DNA of 60,533 nucleotides from Thermodesulfobacteriota bacterium (lineage in GTDB: Bacteria > Desulfobacterota > Desulfobulbia > Desulfobulbales > BM004), in NCBI GenBank assembly GCA_042576125.1, contig JBHPCH010000002.1:1-60533 (forward strand). The letters are read 5' to 3'. The first letter of the stretch is position 1. Each line of letters opens with the position of its first letter. The position numbers and the translations under genes were made by a program. The notes under the pieces are model-generated. The model was not told the origin of the DNA, searched no databases, and saw only the letters and a list, made by a program, of their open reading frames with translations. Of the stretch, positions 57,472-60,533 are shown one piece after another.

Positions 57472-58466
57472 TGGGTAAACCTTCCATTTCCTGAGGTTGA
57501 CGGAACATCTGAGCCATGGATACTTGAGTGACAATCCGTACATCGTATAAACAATGCCATGCCCCTCTCGAGGGTTATGCCGCCCGTATCTGTATTTATT
57601 CTGTGACTATCATGACACTGGAGGCACAAAAAGGGCTCCCGTGCATTGAGAAGCTTATTGTTAACTGAACCATGAGGGCTGTGGCAGTTGAGACAGTCCT
57701 CTGCCACATCCGCATGTTCATAAAGGAAAGGACCTCTCTTCTCGGCATGACACTGGACACATGTCTCTTTGACACTGTCCTGGATAAGATCCTGTTCTGT
57801 AAATCCTCCGTGAGCATTGTGACAGTCTGCGCAGGAGACCCTTCCCTCCTTAAGGGGATGATGACTCGGCAGGGAAAACTGCGCCTGGGCATCCTGATGG
57901 CAGTTGAAACAAAGAATGCCGGCAGCGATCGGTGTAACTTTCAAATCCGGACTGGAATGAATATCATGGCATTTAAAACAGGAAACTTCGTTAATTGCAT
58001 GTACTCCGGCGTTCCAGTTATGCAGGTTGAAGGTGGCGTTTGCCGTATGACATTTGAGGCAAATGAGTGACTGGGCAGTGGCGGGCAAGTTTTTCAGGTC
58101 GATCAGGGTTTTAAAATTACAGGCTGCCTTGATGCCCTGCCTGGCTTTTTCCTCAACCAGTTCTTTGGTCAGATCCTTGATAGCCAGGCTACCCGGGCCA
58201 TGGCAGGATTCACAATCCACCAGGGGCATGCCGGACTCCTTTTTCAGTTGGGCACCCATGGTGCTTGCATCAAAGAACTGCCTCAAACGATCATGTTCAT
58301 GACAGGCTGCCAGGCAATTTTCGGTACCGACATAATCTGCATAAAGATCACCGACAATCATTTTTTCATATTCACGGATCGGCAGAATCGGCTTTGATCC
58401 TTTTAAGTCAGCACATCCGCTGAAGACAGTAAATATGATTATTATGAGCAGGAATGATTTATTCAT
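57468..58466 (-). CDS. MtrA/DmsE-family periplasmic decahaem c-type cytochrome
   Basis: 332 aa with signal/lipobox (VFSGC) and exactly ten CXXCH motifs: CLAACH, CESCH, CLKCH, CFKCH, CFNCH, CADCH, CVQCH, CLNCH, CLQCH, CTDCH. Confidence 0.85.
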   Translation of the reverse strand: MNKSFLLIIIIFTVFSGCADLKGSKPILPIREYEKMIVGDLYADYVGTENCLAACHEHDRLRQFFDASTMGAQLKKESGMPLVDCESCHGPGSLAIKDLTKELVEEKARQGIKAACNFKTLIDLKNLPATAQSLICLKCHTANATFNLHNWNAGVHAINEVSCFKCHDIHSSPDLKVTPIAAGILCFNCHQDAQAQFSLPSHHPLKEGRVSCADCHNAHGGFTEQDLIQDSVKETCVQCHAEKRGPFLYEHADVAEDCLNCHSPHGSVNNKLLNAREPFLCLQCHDSHRINTDTGGITLERGMALFIRCTDCHSSIHGSDVPSTSGNGRFTQ

Positions 58467-59107
58467 AATGGTGTTCCCTGGTGAGTATATAGTGCCCCAT
58501 TGCAGCCTTTCCCTTCCGGACAGGGCCTTATTTGAAAGACGAAACCCTGCACATCAGAGATGCCTAAACTGCTGGTGATGATGAGAAATCGCTTTTTGAT
58601 TCTCATAAAAGAATGTCCATGCCGAATCACCCCGATTCTGCCAGATACTTTTTTATAATGAATCGCAGCTAAGGCTGTCAACATAAATGAAAATTTAATA
58701 TAAGCTTCTGCCTCTCCAAACTATTCAAATCATGCAATTTCAGCACTGCGGGTCAAACTATTTACAAGCTAAGTTTACCATTTGGCACTGCAATATACAA
58801 AATCTGAAAATTTCACATGATAGCAATATGTTATATAAACCTCTCCTTATGAACACATACAGTTTTTTATAATCAAGCTAATTCCCCTCAGACTTTCTGA
58901 AATTTGCCAGATTATCCACCGGGTTTTTGAAAAATTTATGTCACAATAATTCTTTTTATTCAAACATTTACACTTAATGCTCTCTTGCCGCCCGGCAGCC
59001 CACTGCATACTATTTGCATATTTTTATATTCTTTTAAGAATAATTAAATCTTGATTTTTGTATGTAATTTTATTAAATTTTTTGTGGAAGAGGAGAGAAA
59101 AAGGGGA

Positions 59108-59380
59108 ATGAACACTACTATTAAAATAGCATTATCAATTATTTGTGCATTTTCTTTATCGGTGCTATTCACTGTTTACATTGGTAGTGTTGATGGCGAA
59201 ACTACAGGCAATACTTTAAATTCAATATATGAGTGTGATAGAGATAATGATGGTGTGGTTGATGCTGTTTACCACTACACATACGATATCAACGGCACCG
59301 AAATTAAAGTTGCGGTAGATTCAGATAATGATGGTCTGATTAATGAGGTCTGTTGTTACAACCTGAGTAAGGATATTTAA
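59108..59380 (+). CDS. small membrane-anchored/secreted protein with two DxDxDG calcium-loop-like motifs
   Basis: 90 aa from the ATG at 59108 (purine-rich GAGGAG...AAGGGG upstream). One N-terminal hydrophobic helix, then DRDNDGVVD and DSDNDGLIN. No recognisable family. Confidence 0.4.
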   Translation: MNTTIKIALSIICAFSLSVLFTVYIGSVDGETTGNTLNSIYECDRDNDGVVDAVYHYTYDINGTEIKVAVDSDNDGLINEVCCYNLSKDI

Positions 59381-59445
59381 AAACTATTCGTTACAATAAC
59401 GGGAATGAGTGGCTGTTGTGAAACAACTTACTCAAGATAATTAGA

Positions 59446-59475
59446 CAGGGTCCACAATGACTCTGCTTTTTTTAT
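59446..59475 (+). terminator. rho-independent terminator after the small DxDxDG gene
   Basis: CAGGGTC (59446-59452) / GACTCTG (59459-59465), 7 bp including one G-U, with a 6-nt loop, followed by CTTTTTTTATTT. Confidence 0.5.
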
Positions 59476-59557
59476 TTAAAAATCAAGCATATCACTGTCA
59501 ATGTTAACGCTTAAGTGATTCTCAAAAAGTCAGTGTAGCTATTGACTATATCTCGAG

Positions 59558-60533
59558 TTAAAAAATGTCCTCATATTCTGACTCAATTGCTTCAATCCCG
59601 GCCTGTGCTTCTTCCCATTTATTGTAGTGTCGCTCCAATTTTCGCTCAATCCCCTTATATTCTATACTGCACCCGGCAAACTTATCCTGATCCTGATAAA
59701 GCTCCGGGTCTGCCATCATCTGCTCAAGTTCTTTCTTGCGAGATTCCAGACTGCTGATCGCCTCTTCAATCAGCGCAACTTCTTTTTTCAATGGATTAAG
59801 ATTTTTGCTTTTCTCCAGCCTGATCCTGGCCTGCTCCTGTCGTGCCGCCTTCCCTTTCTGCTTTGCAGGTTGAGCAGCCAAGGCTTCCCTGTCTTCTTCA
59901 ATCCGAATTGCGGATTCTTTCTCCTGGAGGCTTTTCAGCTTATAAAGATAATCATCAATATTGCCTTCAAAGAGGGATGCCTGCCCATCTTTTATCTCCA
60001 GAACCTTATTGATGAAACCATTTACAAAATGCCTGTTATGCGACACAGTAATAATGGTACCGTCATATTGGGCCATAGCTTCCTGCAAAATTTCCTGGGA
60101 ACTCATATCAAGATGATTTGTGGGTTCGTCAAGAATAAGAAGATTGGCGGGTTGCACTATCATCTTTGCCAGAGCAAGCCTGCTTTTTTCCCCTCCTGAA
60201 AGCACCTGCACTTTCTTGTCCACCTCTTCGCCCCTGAAGAGAAAGGCGCCAAGCAGGCTCCGTGTTTGCGTAACCGTCATATCACCGGCAACTGCCGACA
60301 GTGTCTGCAGGGCGGTAAGGCTTGGCGCAAGCTCCTGCGCCTGGTGCTGGCCGAAGTAGGAAATCCTGGCGTTATGGCCCAGCTTCACTTTACCGCCATC
60401 CTCACCCTCAAGTCCTGCAAGAATTCGCATCAAGGTTGACTTGCCGGCTCCGTTAACTCCCACCACTGCCAATTTATCCCCCCGCTGCAACTGGAAGGAT
60501 ATATCCTGAAAGACCTGCCTGTCTTCATAGTTC
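59558..60533 (-). CDS. ABC-F family ATPase (C-terminal part; gene continues beyond window end)
   Basis: Second NBD (GVNGAGKSTL, LSGGEKSRLALA, LILDEPTNHLD) plus a C-terminal coiled-coil tail. The reading frame is open to the window edge. Confidence 0.85.
   Translation of the reverse strand, partial: NYEDRQVFQDISFQLQRGDKLAVVGVNGAGKSTLMRILAGLEGEDGGKVKLGHNARISYFGQHQAQELAPSLTALQTLSAVAGDMTVTQTRSLLGAFLFRGEEVDKKVQVLSGGEKSRLALAKMIVQPANLLILDEPTNHLDMSSQEILQEAMAQYDGTIITVSHNRHFVNGFINKVLEIKDGQASLFEGNIDDYLYKLKSLQEKESAIRIEEDREALAAQPAKQKGKAARQEQARIRLEKSKNLNPLKKEVALIEEAISSLESRKKELEQMMADPELYQDQDKFAGCSIEYKGIERKLERHYNKWEEAQAGIEAIESEYEDIF

Noticed and set aside
58505-58545. The minus-strand motif CUGUCCGGAAGGGAAAGGCUGC resembles the GGAA-tetraloop core of SRP (4.5S) RNA domain IV.
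   Set aside because: The conserved symmetric-loop nucleotides (AGG / AGCA) flanking the tetraloop are not present (CUG / AAAG here). There is no extended closing helix. The element sits only ~40-80 nt upstream of the cytochrome start codon, so it is more likely a 5'-UTR hairpin.
58463-58684. 73-aa minus-strand ORF whose stop overlaps the cytochrome start as ATGA, which looks like translational coupling.
   Set aside because: There is no SD before its ATG. Its composition is basic and irregular, with no signal peptide or recognisable motif, and it lies in AT-rich leader DNA. It is probably a chance ORF in the 5' UTR, although a leader peptide cannot be excluded.
58993-59007. CGGCAGcccacTGCAT, sigma54-like, upstream of the small DxDxDG gene.
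   Set aside because: The GG-to-GC distance is 11 rather than 12 nt, and sigma54 promoters do not tolerate this spacing change.
1-60533. Looked for CRISPR arrays, IS/transposase or integrase genes, toxin-antitoxin pairs, known defence-system genes, rRNA, tmRNA/RNase P/6S, and riboswitch cores (including GEMM upstream of the cytochrome operon).
   Set aside because: None was recognisable by eye. Absence of structured ncRNAs cannot be proven without covariance-model searches.

Overview
Densely coding chromosomal window. Gene content suggests a Desulfobacterota (delta-proteobacterial sulfate/metal-reducer-like) genome; this is inference, no search was run. I saw no IS element, integrase, prophage or CRISPR array.

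Left to right:
- An IF2-N-domain mini-ORF converging on nusA, then tRNA-Gly(CCC)-terminator-rimP-nusA.
- A LOG/TIGR00725-like gene and a TatT-associated TRAP transporter (tatT-dctPQM).
- A membrane histidine kinase plus a sigma54 (GAFTGA) NtrC-type regulator.
- An AT-rich, gene-poor stretch with a truncated class III cyclase.
- A sigma54-promoted operon: periplasmic tandem-HMA protein, DUF2318-like Cys protein, membrane-anchored protein and FtsX/MacB-type ABC pair.
- A signalling island: two orphan periplasmic binding proteins, a HAMP kinase, a hybrid kinase, a REC-PAS-HisKA_3 kinase and a convergent REC-PAS-LuxR regulator.
- Hemerythrin-DUF438-PAS behind a class-II-positioned FNR/CRP-type palindrome, a small ferredoxin and a Gate-domain membrane protein.
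- Housekeeping block: topA, rsfS, gpmI, thrC, PNP and two tandem tatA genes.
- Aromatic amino-acid module iorAB-paaK-ACT-livKHMGF-paaK, then tRNA-Val.
- apt-mtnP, SRAP, an orphan CheR, an MFS transporter and a BON lipoprotein.
- A five-gene, translationally coupled operon: MtrA-like decahaem cytochrome, MtrB-like outer-membrane barrel, two orphan binding proteins and a HAMP kinase with a CXXCH haem-c motif in its periplasmic domain.
- A small DxDxDG protein and a partial ABC-F ATPase.

The best candidates for something undescribed are the porin-cytochrome/binding-protein/haem-kinase operon, its paralogous binding-protein/kinase relay, and the sigma54-driven HMA-DUF2318-FtsX module. All family assignments come from reading the translated ORFs by eye, not from database searches.
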